Position numbers and translations under genes: made by a program. The notes below the pieces were generated by a model. It saw only the letters and a program-made list of their open reading frames with translations. It had not been told where the DNA came from and did no database searches. A DNA stretch of 62,690 nt, counting the filler, from Rhabdomonas costata (taxonomy: Eukaryota): the NCBI GenBank assembly GCA_019059605.1. It is 28 parts of 28 records of this genome, joined end to end, with 100 filler letters (N's around TTAATTAATTAA, not from the genome) between each part and the next. Parts side by side here need not be neighbours in the genome. Positions count along the whole stretch, not along the records: positions 49,350 to 51,489 come from JAHMHO010005337.1; positions 51,590 to 53,729 come from JAHMHO010005338.1; positions 53,830 to 55,969 come from JAHMHO010005339.1; positions 56,070 to 58,209 come from JAHMHO010005340.1; positions 58,310 to 60,449 come from JAHMHO010005341.1; positions 60,550 to 62,690 come from JAHMHO010005342.1; 22 more parts are not named here. One strand, given 5' to 3'. Below, in pieces: positions 49,710 through 61,904 of the stretch (its first letter is position 1; each line of letters starts with the position of its first letter).

Positions 49710-50913
49710 TTACCGCTTTGGCATCGAAGCTGAGGCGGGGGTGGCGGCGACCACCGCGGAGCAAGCCAGCACAAACTCCCCGGGGGTGGGCACCGACCGC
49801 TCCCGCTCCAGCAACCACCGCGTCACCACCTGAAGCAGGAGGTCTCGGCTGACGGGCTTGCTCAGGAAGGCGTTCATTCCAGCCTTTGGGCGGAGGAAGG
49901 AGATGGACGCAGCAGGGAGACCAAAAGAGAGACGCCAAAGGGCAACAACGGGCAGTCGAATGGTTTGCATCTCGCAATCTCGGTCCTAGCATCTCCAGGG
50001 CAGATTCTCGCGCAGCAGTGAGTGTGTTTGCGTGTGTGAGGGGAACGGACGTTATACCCGTTAGTGATACCTGTCCACACCACCATGGCTCGAGATCACT
50101 CAAGGGGTTTCAAGTGGGTGGCAGTGATGCCACGGCGGGCCCTGGCGTACAATTAGATGGCAATGCGTGCTCTGGAACGGTTGAAATATTCAATGTCGAT
50201 GATTTTCGCAAGTTTCGCGATTTTCGCGTGAATTCCGTGGCTCCTCTCTTCTTTAGATGTAAGTATTGCCCTCCCGGAAATGGGCAGACCCTATATATGA
50301 CATGGGCAGACCCTATATTTACCCGCTAAAATTACCAGGAATGGATGCTAGCCCGCGGTTTAAGGCTGATCCAACGCACCCAGGGAGGGTGTGTGTGTGT
50401 CGGAGGAAGCAATACTTATAGCACAGCGCTTTTCAGGGCTTTGATTTTGCTACCGTGACGTTCTGGGTCGGGCGTCCCATCTCTGCTCTCCTCTCTCTCT
50501 CTCTCGTCGTGCTCGCGTTTCTCTGGCGGAAAGGCGAGAAAGCCCCCAACTTTCGCGAAAAATGCAGCCAGTGATCAGCTCCATACACAAGTTCAATATC
50601 TCCTCTCCCTCGCCCTTGACGTTTCATGGGAAGTCTGGGTGTTCCAGAGCTGGCGGCAGCCACATTCGCACCAGGGTGCACTGTTCCGCGACGTCCTCCT
50701 GCGTGGCGCCGGAAAGGCCGATGATCACCGTTTCAGGCGGGGAGCTACCCTCATCCGAGGCCCGCGAGGAGGAGCCCGTGCCCGCCGCGGCGGAAGCAAT
50801 AATGCGCAGCTCGCGTGCCAGCTCCATACCGTCGCCGTCATCCATCTGCAGGTCCGTGACCACCAGGTGGGTTCCAGGGGACTCCCGGAAGTGATTCAGC
50901 GCCTCCACCACAC
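49710..50913 (-). CDS. C-terminal response-regulator receiver domain, probably of a hybrid histidine kinase (partial)
   Basis: Exon 50913-50672: GVVEAL...HLVVTDLQMDDGDGMELARELR...IIGLSG...QCTL. Exon 49883-49710: AGMNAFLSKPV..stop. Phosphoacceptor Asp, Ser and Lys-Pro are intact. Confidence 0.9.
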
Positions 50914-53893
50914 CTAGCGTGGTTAACAGGGCAAACATTAAGTATCGTCGATCCGCAGAAGCTACCGTGTAAAGTGCAGTGGACGGCACGAGCACCCACA
51001 AAAACCGAGGTGAAACCAGGTGGACAGGGAAAATCTCTCATTCTAAGCTATTCTACAAAAATCTAAGCTTTCCCATCCATCCCCGAAAGAGCGATACCAA
51101 AAGTCGGCAATCTAAAGGCCGCGGTGTTGTCAGATTGCGCAGACCGCATTTCGATAGAGATTTTCGGCCCACAGACAGCCCACTCCGCAAATCTCGGACC
51201 TGCCAGAATCACAAAAGGGTTTAAATAACCGCCTTGTCAAGGCAATTCAGTCAAGATCCAAAGGTCACGCTCTACCCATGACAAAAACGCCAATCCACAA
51301 CAGCTGGCAACTCCGACGCGGTTTCGAAACAAGGACAATATAGATCTTACCAACTGCTACGCGAGTGTGTAAAGAATAACGCAGAGTAGTGGATCGCACG
51401 CCTTCGTTTAATCTTAGGCTAAACACGAACTTAAAACCATAGCTCAAAACTAATTTTGGGAGCCCAAACAACGCCATTAACACAAAAACNNNNNNNNNNN
51501 NNNNNNNNNNNNNNNNNNNNNNNNNNNNNNNNNTTAATTAATTAANNNNNNNNNNNNNNNNNNNNNNNNNNNNNNNNNNNNNNNNNNNNGGGGTGGTTGT
51601 GCGTGAAACGAAAATGGAGCCCCCTGGAAAATGTTGCGTTGGATTCGGGAGGCAGGGAGTTCTGAATCGGTTAATTGCTTTGCGTTACAGTTAAGCGGTA
51701 CCGCCATGCGCGGCGTAGAGTATCCACTCGCGCGTGCAAGAGGTAACCCTATCCCCAGTGGATTTTAGTATCATGTCTCATTATTCTCGGCGCACATCGT
51801 AATGTTCTTTGCATATCTTGGAAAACGCTCAAGCAAGAGTTGAGCGAAGGCCGCACTACACGCATCAAGTAAATCTATGCCAACCTTCAGAGCCAGCAGC
51901 ACCCCCCTCCCCTCCTCACACGGATCGCGAGGCCGCCGGAAGCCGAGTGCACATCCCACTGCTGACACAATCATAATCGGAACACCATCCAAGGCAAGGA
52001 CAGTGGCATCAGGAATGGAACTCACCACAGCCATTATTCTCCGTTTTATACTCGAAGGGAATGCTGGTGAAACACGGGCAAACTTCAAATGTTCTCAACG
52101 ACCTTTGCCCACCGCATCAGGGTGGGTAAACTGGGCACAGCATTCTGCCCCATTTCGTGGTAGGGCCCGTTGGGATTTTCAAAGACACATCAAGTAAGAA
52201 GGCTTTACCGCTTGATCCCGCTCGCTGTATCCCCAAGCAATGTTTCCCAGCCCCCACCATCGAACCGCAAACAGTATAAACTGACACATAGAGAAGAGCA
52301 GCAATGCAGCACAAAATACTTCCATGGGGCGAAAAAGCTACGGTGGAACTGGTTTTTTTTTGCTATAAAATAGTATATTAGCAGGACCTCTAGCCTATCC
52401 GGTAATCAAGCAGACACTCACAAAAGCTCAGCGCTAGGGATGAGTCCTTCCGTCACCAGCCTGTGCCAGGCTTGCTGCAGGACGCTCATTAAAGTCACCA
52501 TCTCTGTCTCACACCGCGCATGCGGAATCCATCGAAGCAGGAGCCGCAACCACAAAGATAGGTTGTGACGAAATTAGAACATAGCCTCACAAGGACACAG
52601 GCTGCCAGCGCAGACCGAACATTTTGAATAAGTCTGTTCTCGTCAGTATATACTACCAGAGTTTACCATCGTCAAGTTTTGGTAATCAATCACGGTTTCA
52701 TGGAACCGGCGCCTCAAAACCTCACGACGCCCAGTATTGCCCATGTATCTGCCCAAGCAATTTTGTAAGTCCTGAAATAATCACACGCACAACAAGAACC
52801 ACCAGGCGTTGCAGTTTGTACAAAGCCATTAGGGAGCTCCGGAAACCCTTCTTCGATACTGAGAGGGCACACATAGGGAGGGAGGCCGGCAGCGCCGCAC
52901 AAATAAAGCAACTCGAGAGGAAAGCGTGAGAGAAACAAGTGAAGAAAATAAACACAAACAAAGGGAGAATGAAAGCACGACGACAAGTCCTTTTATGCAA
53001 TCGAAAGTTGCAATCGAGGAATCATCGATTTTGGAAAGATATGTGTGCGAATGTGTATGTCTGGACAGAGCACTGCGAGCGGTCCTTTTGTCTGTGATGG
53101 GGGCGAACAACACCACAAGGTGTGTAACTCTGCGTGTGTGTGTGTGTGGAACCTGCGCGGGGTTTTGCGTAAATTCAGTGATGAGAGGGTCGAATCCACA
53201 AGTACAAATGGGAGGGCCCCTGGGCATTGCTCAGAGCGGCGGGGGTTGCAGGGAGACTATTGGCAAGACGTGAGGTAACAAGGCAGGCAGAGGATCTTAC
53301 TTTGTGCTCTTCATTTGCTCTCCATTTGGTTTTCGAGAGGTGTGGTGATGACCGCAAAGACGACTAAACCGTGAACGTACACAACTCACACCCTTTTCTT
53401 ATTGTGCATCCTGAACAGGACGTCTGCCTACGCCCGCCACTGGTTTTGCGCACAGGCAATGACTGCGTATTTCCGAGAGAATTTTGCTTTCACTGGAAAC
53501 AACAAATTTTCCACTCACTTTCGGGTCGAGAACACAAGTATAACCATGTGTGCATAGGAAAGAGATGGAGTTGCCATAACCATCGGAACCGAAAGCTTCC
53601 GTCAGTGCTGTCATGCAAACACACGCGGGTTTATTGCGGGGAGCTTGCCGCGCCAGTGCTCTCCGCAGCCCCGGGGGCCGTGCTCAGAAGCTGAAGGTAC
53701 AGCGGCGCAGCCTGGCCCCACCCCAAACCNNNNNNNNNNNNNNNNNNNNNNNNNNNNNNNNNNNNNNNNNNNNTTAATTAATTAANNNNNNNNNNNNNNN
53801 NNNNNNNNNNNNNNNNNNNNNNNNNNNNNTGCCCTGAGCCTGTGTGCTGCTCACTTTCTCCGGACTTTCTCACTTGTTTTCACATTGGCTCAA

Positions 53894-55213
53894 ATGGACC
53901 ATTTGAGTTGTGGGAGGTCGGCGGAGCACCAAGCTTGTGAAGAAAGACCACACCGAAGACGGGCAAGGAAGTGGCTGCCCTCACGTGCACAAGCCCGGCC
54001 GTCCCGGTTGCTCACGCTGGGAGGACACAAGCTATCCATTCTGCAGGAGGATTGTCAGAGAATGGGAGGGGAGCGGTGAAGTTGGTTAGTTTTCGTGCGA
54101 AACTTCCAGGGATGCAAAGTGGTTTAAAGACAGTGGTGGATACGATGAGAAATGTGTACCACATCTGACGGTATCTTGAGGAATCCAACTCGCGAGGACG
54201 GAGTATACAGCACATTTTTTGATTTTGTTGGATCTTTTTCTTTTTCTCTTTCTCTTTTTAACTCGGAATGATCCAGAAACGTGACTAAGGATTTTAGCGG
54301 GAGGTGGGTAGGAGCGATTTCGGTCTTACTTGAGAAAAGTCCAATTGCACGATTTTATTCTTGACTTAGGGGCAGTTGTGTCTCTTTGTTCGTGTTTGTG
54401 TATGTTTGTGGGATGTAAAAGACGGAGAAAACACACACGTAAAGGAGCCTACGACACTACTTCACACTTTTAGTCTTCAGAAGTCGCGAAACTGCGTCAC
54501 AGCTATTTGGTTAGCACAGACACAAATATCACATAAAAAGAGGAACGGAACCGGGCAAGGGAGCCGTGCACGGGAACCGGGCAACGGCAGGGACAAGGGC
54601 GAGCAAGGCGAACAAGGTACTGAGACAGCCACCTCAATAAAGAATTTACAAAGGACACTATTTTGCGTTTTCGCTTTGCAGTGTTATTACGTTTTCTTGT
54701 GGGATCGGCATAAGATCATGCTTGGGAAATTTCAATGTCACCCCTATAAAGGGGGGAACGCGTTAACCAACCAAGCCCGTTCAGTTAGTCCTCCAGAACC
54801 AGACCAGAGCCAGATAAATCCAAGACAATCAGACCGCGTGGTGGTGAAGGAGAAATAACCTGTATTTGTGTGACATCCATTGACAGTCCGGACAGGTCAG
54901 CGAAATACATCTTTTATGTTTCCAATTCGCCCCTTATTAACTTCCCTCAGTCCTATACGGAATTCACAGAGTGTGCATGTGTTGCATGCTACCTACGGTC
55001 GTACTTTTGTCTTAGGAGGTTCGTGACGAAGCTGTCCTTACTGCTGGTGAGGGCACGGACTCGCTGGACTCCGTTGGAAAGGTGCTGTGGCATGGAGAGA
55101 TCTTGCTCACCCAGTTGCTGCTCCTGCACTACCCTCCCGGGCACTGGCAGGGAAAGCGAGTCGTGGAGCTTGGCGCTGGCACGGGCCTGGCTGGAATTGT
55201 TATGGCCCGTGAG
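53894..55213 (+). CDS. METTL21-like (Methyltransf_16) protein lysine methyltransferase (partial)
   Basis: Exon ~55016-55213: SVGKVLWHGEILL...WQGKRVVELGAGTGLAGIVMA (SAM motif I). Probable first exon from ATG 53894 ending ...LTLGGHKLSILQ. Confidence 0.85.
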
Positions 55214-56169
55214 GTGCGCGCACACTGACTTTTCCGTGATAGCACTGACCTCAGGCTTTCAGGGAGTGAACAGTTGGATAAAGTATCGGTTCGTATTGGC
55301 TCTTTCATTCATTCCCCCTTGGGAAGTAAAATTCACAAAGCATGGCAAGTTCCCGATGTTGGTAACGTGTTACAAACCTGTTGAATATTTGACCTCCCGG
55401 TGTTTAACACAACTCTCCCTTTGTCAAAGAAGAAACGGAAGTCGCACAAAGTATTGGCACGGCAGGAATCAGGGGTTGAATAGAATGCAGTGTGGGGGCC
55501 CATTGTTCTGCGTCTCTCTTTGTGGTATTCGGTGTTAGGTCTTGCGAACCTGACAAAGGCGAAGTTGGTGACATTTCAAACGATTTCTCTCATGGGGGCA
55601 GGATTAAGCAGTGTTTCAGAAACCAAAACGAGCTGAAGTCATTAGGTTCGATGGCCAGACTTTCCATTTATTTTTTCTGCTGAAACTCTCACTTGTAACA
55701 TAACCCGCACCTCATTTTTCTCTTTCTTTACCCTGTAATTGACGAAAAGTTAACGCCACCGCTGTTCAGCTAAAGGTCCCAATGCAAACAACAAACAGCA
55801 AACAGCAAACAGCAAACAACAACAGAGATGAAACGCCGGAAGTGGTACGGGAAAGAAGCTCAGACTGTAAAACCTTGTAACTTCGCCGGCCATGTGTTCA
55901 CTAGTAGCTACATTTCTACATTTTGTAGCACCAGTCACTCAGGGTAATGTGCTCCTTTCACCAAAACAANNNNNNNNNNNNNNNNNNNNNNNNNNNNNNN
56001 NNNNNNNNNNNNNTTAATTAATTAANNNNNNNNNNNNNNNNNNNNNNNNNNNNNNNNNNNNNNNNNNNNGGTTGTGTTTTATTTTTAAACAAATGCCTCG
56101 CAATTACAGTACACATTCTCCTCTGTCAATAGTAGTAGTAAAGTAAACAAATAAATAGTTTTTTGGTTC

Positions 56170-56721
56170 TAGTTCGGCTATGGCACACCACCCATAAGTT
56201 CGGCTGAGACACTCCATCCACATCAGTTCGGTTGAGGCACACCCCTCACAAGAGGGAAAGTAATGAACCACACCATCATCATCATGCTTTAGTCCACCTT
56301 CCGTTGAATTCTGGTATTGTCTCAGCAGTGGTTAGGAGGCGATGCCTAGGGTAGTAGCGGGGGTGTCTCCGGGGGCTCAGCCACCACCAGAAACTTATCC
56401 CGGTTTAGGAGGCGATGCACCTTCCGTTGGAATTCTGGTATTGCCTTTGCAGGGGGTTAGGAGGCGATGCATACAAGGCGAAGCACGTACGTGGGGTCAT
56501 CGTATGACACACATTGACCGGGACATCAGGCCACATGTTAAACACATGCAACCGCTGCACGTTCTCGTTGGCGGCCTAATTCCACGTCGTCGTATTTCAT
56601 AGATAATGTGATGACAGGGGTTAGGATGCGGAGCCCCATTCCACAGCAACTTACCTCGGGTTAGGGGGCATTGCACCTTCAATACCTACAAAGGTAGAAG
56701 GGGGGTGCCATAGCCGAACTA
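56170..56721. mobile_element. MITE-like non-autonomous element with terminal inverted repeats
   Basis: tagttcggctatggcac (56170-56186) and gtgccatagccgaacta (56705-56721) form a perfect 17-bp inverted repeat, readable as a 15-bp TIR plus TA. Two more TIR-like copies at 56197 and 56225, internal direct repeats, GC-richer than the AT-rich flanks. Confidence 0.7.
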
Positions 56722-58328
56722 TTGCCATTTTTTTTAAAAAAATAATATTACTGATTAAGCTCAGAAATTTTTAACATAACAACATTTTACTGAAATAACA
56801 ACAACAGCTTTTTGATTTAAAAATACTAATGACTTAATAAATTTCAGCAAAAAACTTCACAACAGTCACGCATCATCAGTGATCTGCGTCCCGCACTGAT
56901 GGGTAAACTATTAAAACTAAGTAATGTTGTCCAAAGAGGTGAACACTACCAAACAAACCTACATACATACCTTACTTTCAAATGTCTTTTAAGAAAAGTT
57001 CGCGCCTGTATGTCAATTGCACAAGCGAGATGCTGTTCCCCAAATCCTAGATAGTATAGCAAAAGAAAATAATGGAAATTAATTTAGTAAATAAACTGGT
57101 ACTCAAATGAAATCTTGCGCTCTCAACATGAGTTGAGTCAATAAATAAAACAAAGACTGGAACAAGGGACAACCTCAAACGGAGTGCACACGACTTTTTG
57201 GTCTTTAAAGCAGCTAAATAACACAAGGCTCACGATATTTAACAAAATAGCGGTAATCATTTGCAATCTTTTTTAAGCTTGTCCCGCTCTGAAGCCGAAA
57301 TGTCATCTAGAGAAGCGTGTTGAATGTAGCCGCTTTTGCCTTTTGAACTTCCAAATGTGACCTTGGTCTTTTACAAGTGACAACTTAATGGGAGTCGCGC
57401 TCCGTTTTATGGATTGCCTGTCCAAGCCATTATTTTGCGTGTAATTGAGTACGTGCCGGCCAGTCTGTTTCCCGTAAGTCGGGCTCAAGTGTTTTGCGTT
57501 CCTGGTTCCCCTAAAGTGTGGCCTCATCCACACAGCAACCAATTCAAAAGAAGGAGTTAGCTATGACAGATGTATTTTTGTTGAGTTAACCCCTGGTTTC
57601 AGTGTTGCTGACATAGTTGGTCATACGAGTACGAGATCGTTGAAAACTCAAGGCAAACATTTGCACAACATCATGCCTGATTTTTTCCAAGCTGCAGATA
57701 TTCCTTTATCCAAACCTAGCGCGTGTTCTTAACGCACAAAGGAAATTTCTTGAAGGAAAGCAGAATAAAAGAATGGAGCAAAATGACAATGTATGGGAAA
57801 GGGGCTAGTTTTGAGGTTGATAAGCGGTATCAACGGAGACTTCTGGCCATTACAGATGGCCACAAAGACCAAGAAACAGCACGAAAAAAGCACCAGCACG
57901 AGATCGCCGGAGATGCCCGGGTACAGTGCGGAATTTTCTAGAAAGCGCGGTTACTACAGTGGCCGTGACCCGGAAAACGGCCGATTTTTTCCACGGCGTG
58001 GATGGAGCCAGAGTTTTTGGCCAAGGTTTAAACGGCGCTCTAACAAAACAAACATAACCTGCCGCTTATGGGCAATGTTGGCACGCGGGCGGGAAACGCG
58101 AGCAAAGATGCAATAAAAGTCAATTCCATAATCCAGACTCTTCTCCAATATCTTCCAATACCCTTCTCCAATACTTGCTAAAATCGTATTCGCTTCGTCC
58201 CTCAAAAGCNNNNNNNNNNNNNNNNNNNNNNNNNNNNNNNNNNNNNNNNNNNNTTAATTAATTAANNNNNNNNNNNNNNNNNNNNNNNNNNNNNNNNNNN
58301 NNNNNNNNNGGTTTTTTGTCTCCTCACA

Positions 58329-60405
58329 GCACTGCGAGGCTGCCGAGGCGACGGGGTGGAACACGGGGAGGTACGCGGAAAGCAGAGCTGCAGCAGTGCT
58401 GTGAGGAGATAAAAAACATGGTTGACAGAGTGGGGGGAGCGGACAATTGAACACAATGGTCGACCCACTTTCCTGCGCAAAGGGCAGTGGCTTTTAAAAA
58501 AATCCCTTGGCACCTTGATCCTCCGCCAAGGGAAGAGTGACGCTCTCGGTTCCTGCGAAACATTCGGCGTTGTGGGAGCAAGCCCGGTATGGCCGTCAAA
58601 GGTCAGGAGCAGTTCTGTTGTATTAATGATTATAACTGGGGTAGGGCTTCTAACCTGTCCCAGGAGGAGCAGTTCCGGCAGGCACACACTCGTGCAGTGA
58701 GTGTCTTGGGTCATGCGCTGAATGATGGCGCCGCGCTGTGAGTTAGCCTGCTGCCCCACCGCCGGAGCTCGTCGATCCACTCACCCTGGTCGCAGGTAGT
58801 GATGCTGTCACTGTCTACTACCTTTGAGCGCTGATCTCCCAAGTAGCTCTGCATTTTCGCCTTGGTTGCGCTCTCTCGATACATCTTGCTCTTTTTGCTG
58901 CAATCTTCTTTCGAGATCTGCCCGAAAGCTGAAAGGCACTCGCCAACGTTTCTGTGCAAGAATCCCTTGATCCCTCTGTAAGGGTCACAACAACCACAAC
59001 AACAAGAACATTAGCTCTCTCGCACTCACGTCCCGCCCCTTACCCGCCACTCAGATGGTCGACGGGGGCAAGGGCGGGGGCAGTCCCAGAGGCGTCACTG
59101 AGGAACCTCCGGCACAGAGCGGCCAGGCATCCCGTCACGGCCGCCGCCGCGGCAGCGGGCAGACCCTCCTGGCTAACCTCTCCGTGGGCCACGCGATCTC
59201 GTACCCTTGGCCCTCGTTGATGCTGACAAGGGGATATCAACACACATTACACAGGCACCCCCGCCCCGGGCTACCAGATCTACTCTTCCCTCCCTCACCA
59301 TCGCCACTAGGCAACATCTGTACGCCCTCGTTCTTCTGGACATGGAACAAGGTTGGACCTGCACACGTTCGTGCATTTTTCTGCATGAGAAACGCATGAC
59401 ACTTTGCTTTGCTCCTTTGCATTTTGCACTGATCCTTTGTGTCTGTCCCAAAGACAGAAAACAGGCGCGCAAATGCACACACACATACAAAGAGGAAAGG
59501 CAAGCAGGAAGAAAGAGAAACTGGCACCTGAAAAAGGTCAAGAAGGCAGCCCACCAGGCCTTCACCGAGCTGTTGCCGGAGACGGTTGGGGTGCCCCCGC
59601 GCCTTTCCATCGATGGAAACCTAAGCAGAGGAAAGGGGGACGAACAGAAAAGAAAAGGTCACCTAATCGCCAATCACAAACAAAAAGCGAACTCCAGGCC
59701 ATCAGGACGGGGCACTCCCAGCCACGAGGGCGGGTGGAGGGGCGCGTTGCTTCTACCGAGGGAGGGCCTTCTGAGACAGAAAGCGAACAGAAGTGCACGC
59801 CTGCCCTGGGCTGAGCACGCTGTCGTGGACAAGGGCGGAGGCAACGCAGCAGCCCAGAATGTCATCCAGTGTGACGTATAGCGACAGGTACTGGGCATCA
59901 AAGGTAGCCTCCGGGAGACCGTTGCAAAACTGCACAAGAGAACACTGGAAAGAAGCTCCTCTGGTGAAAGATCCAAGAGGCGAAGCTCAGAGACCACCCG
60001 CAAGCATCAAGTCGCCGCGCTCACCCACAAAAAGCACTTTGATGCAATGCGGACTGGAAAAACAAGAAGTCAACTGTTCGAAGACAGAAACCTCCGCAGC
60101 CAACATCGGCGGTCACCACCGACGTTATTCATCGCAAATTTAATCAGGTATTCATTCACATTATTAACCGGACTCATAAGCGTGACGATTCCCTGTGCAC
60201 CATATAATTCAGAATTCGACAACAAAAAACCAGGTCATGTCCCTGAACCAACGAGTGCATGTTTCGGATTACGCAGCAGAAAGTATGTGGAAGGTCGGGG
60301 CCTTATTAAGCGAGCGCTGAAATGAAGAGAACCACGAAGACTCTCCTCAGACTGTGCTCCATCGCAGGCAGAAGAAGCCCAAGGCTGGCAAGGGTATGGC
60401 CCTCG
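58329..60405 (-). CDS. ERMARD: ERMARD/C6orf70-like (DUF4209, HEPN) protein (partial)
   Basis: Spliced: LLLPAMEHSLRRVFV | FCNGLPE...LYVTLDDILGCC | VSIDGK...PNRLRQQLGEGLVGCLLDLFQ | HQRGPRVRDRVAHGEV... | ... | ALLSAYLPVFHP. Parallels my recollection of ERMARD (LYTTFDEIL...NQL...LGE...FLNHQEGPRIRDHLSHGE). Confidence 0.8.
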
Positions 60406-60884
60406 GAGAGAAACTGCAACGCAGCATGCACACAACTGACCCAACCCCCNNNNNNNNNNNNNNNNNNNNNNNNNNNNNNNNNNNNNNNNNNNNTTAATTA
60501 ATTAANNNNNNNNNNNNNNNNNNNNNNNNNNNNNNNNNNNNNNNNNNNNTCTGATGGTCGGCAGCTTTTTGGAAGGACGTAGTGAGAATTGGGCGTTGTA
60601 TTTGGTTGGTGATGTGGGTCAGGCTCTGGAAGTGGAGTGTTTTTTGGGATTCGACGGAGATGACGATTTTATTTGGTGAAGGACGGACGAAACTAAATCA
60701 AGGGCCGGGGGTCCTTGATTTAGGTTCGTCCGTCCTTCACCAAATAAAACCTTTTTCCGTTGAAATGACATGGGTGAGAATATATCGCAGCTACTATTGA
60801 CTTGACTGACCTATGCGAACGTGGGCAGGTGTTTTGTCTGCTTGTTTGGATGCGTTTGTGTCTGTATCGCCAAAAGCGGCATAC

Positions 60885-61904
60885 CCCTAACATCGGCGTG
60901 TACGACCCCAAAGACATGCAGGTAATCCAGGGCGTTCAGCAGCTGCTTGGTGAAAGCCCTGTGCATACACAAACAATCTTGCAGCAAACCCCCATGATCC
61001 ATCTCCCGCTACAACGGTTTGTAGGATCCATTAGAGACAAAGGTCTACGTGCCTCCAGATGTCTAGCAATAAGAAAGTTCATTCTAGGCGCCCTTTTAAC
61101 ATGGCTAGGAAGCAAAGATCGCAGGCAACGTCAACAATTTGACCAGGATGTCTTGGTACCCGCAGGGCATGGGAGCGGCGAAGACCCGGAAGGCTTGGCT
61201 GTGCTCGCAAGGCGGAATATTGGAGGCACATATCGCTGTGGACATCGGGATTTCACCCACTTTTGAAAGCATATGAGTTTTGTGACAAAACACGTTTTAA
61301 ACTTTATGCAGTGTTTTAGGGGGAAAGAGTCCTCCGAATTAATCACCCATCTGGACAGTTACACAAACAACCCCACCCCTCCCCCCCAAGGGCCATGTGC
61401 GGACAGTATTACTACTCGAAATAACAGGGTTGAAGCGCAGCAAAAGGTAAAAGGAGCACTTCAACTCGGTTTTATGTCTTCTCCGCGCCTCAAGTCATCC
61501 TCCAAATATAAAATACATTCATGCATCAATTCCGCATACGCTCGCACCCCCGTGATGGCAGATAAAGTGCCCTCATGCCTCCCAAGGGTTTGAGGTGGCT
61601 TACTACACTATACAACTGCACTACCACTATTTCCCATCTCAAACTTACCTTAGTGGTAACCACTGCTCCCTTCCAACGGAAGAGGGAGAGGAGGGAACTG
61701 TAAGGTAAGTCGTCCTCAAATGCGGCGAAGAGAAAAAAGCTACCACATCTGAGCCGAAGGAAGGGGCCCGGTTTCCTTCACCAAGGACGCTAGCGAGCCC
61801 CCACCAAGCCACTCCAGATGGAGGTACAGCCGAAACTCATCGAGGTCGCTGGTCACCAGCTGCACAATGTTGGGGTGGTTCGACATCTGCAGCATCATGA
61901 ACTC
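60885..61904 (-). CDS. Protein kinase, STE11/MAP3K-like (partial)
   Basis: Exon 61904-61744: EFMMLQMSNHPNIVQL...LYLHLEWLGGGSLASLVKETGPL. Exon 60958-60885: AFTKQLLNALDYLHVFGVVHADVRG. Confidence 0.85.

Noticed and set aside
56295-56680. Repeats containing TTAGG as a CRISPR array or telomere
   Set aside because: Few degenerate copies with irregular spacing, no tandem TTAGGG run and no cas genes. They are better explained as internal repeats of the TIR element.
59295-59358. Extra AG/GT-bounded exon (VQPCSMSRRTRAYRCCLVAM) in the ERMARD-like gene
   Set aside because: It would interrupt the conserved DLF-x-H-x-x-GP motif, and direct splicing is already in phase.
59795-59850. Third GC donor (CAG|GCGTGC) in the ERMARD-like gene
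   Set aside because: An in-phase GT donor (TGC|GTTGCC) just after DDILGCC fits the homologue spacing better.
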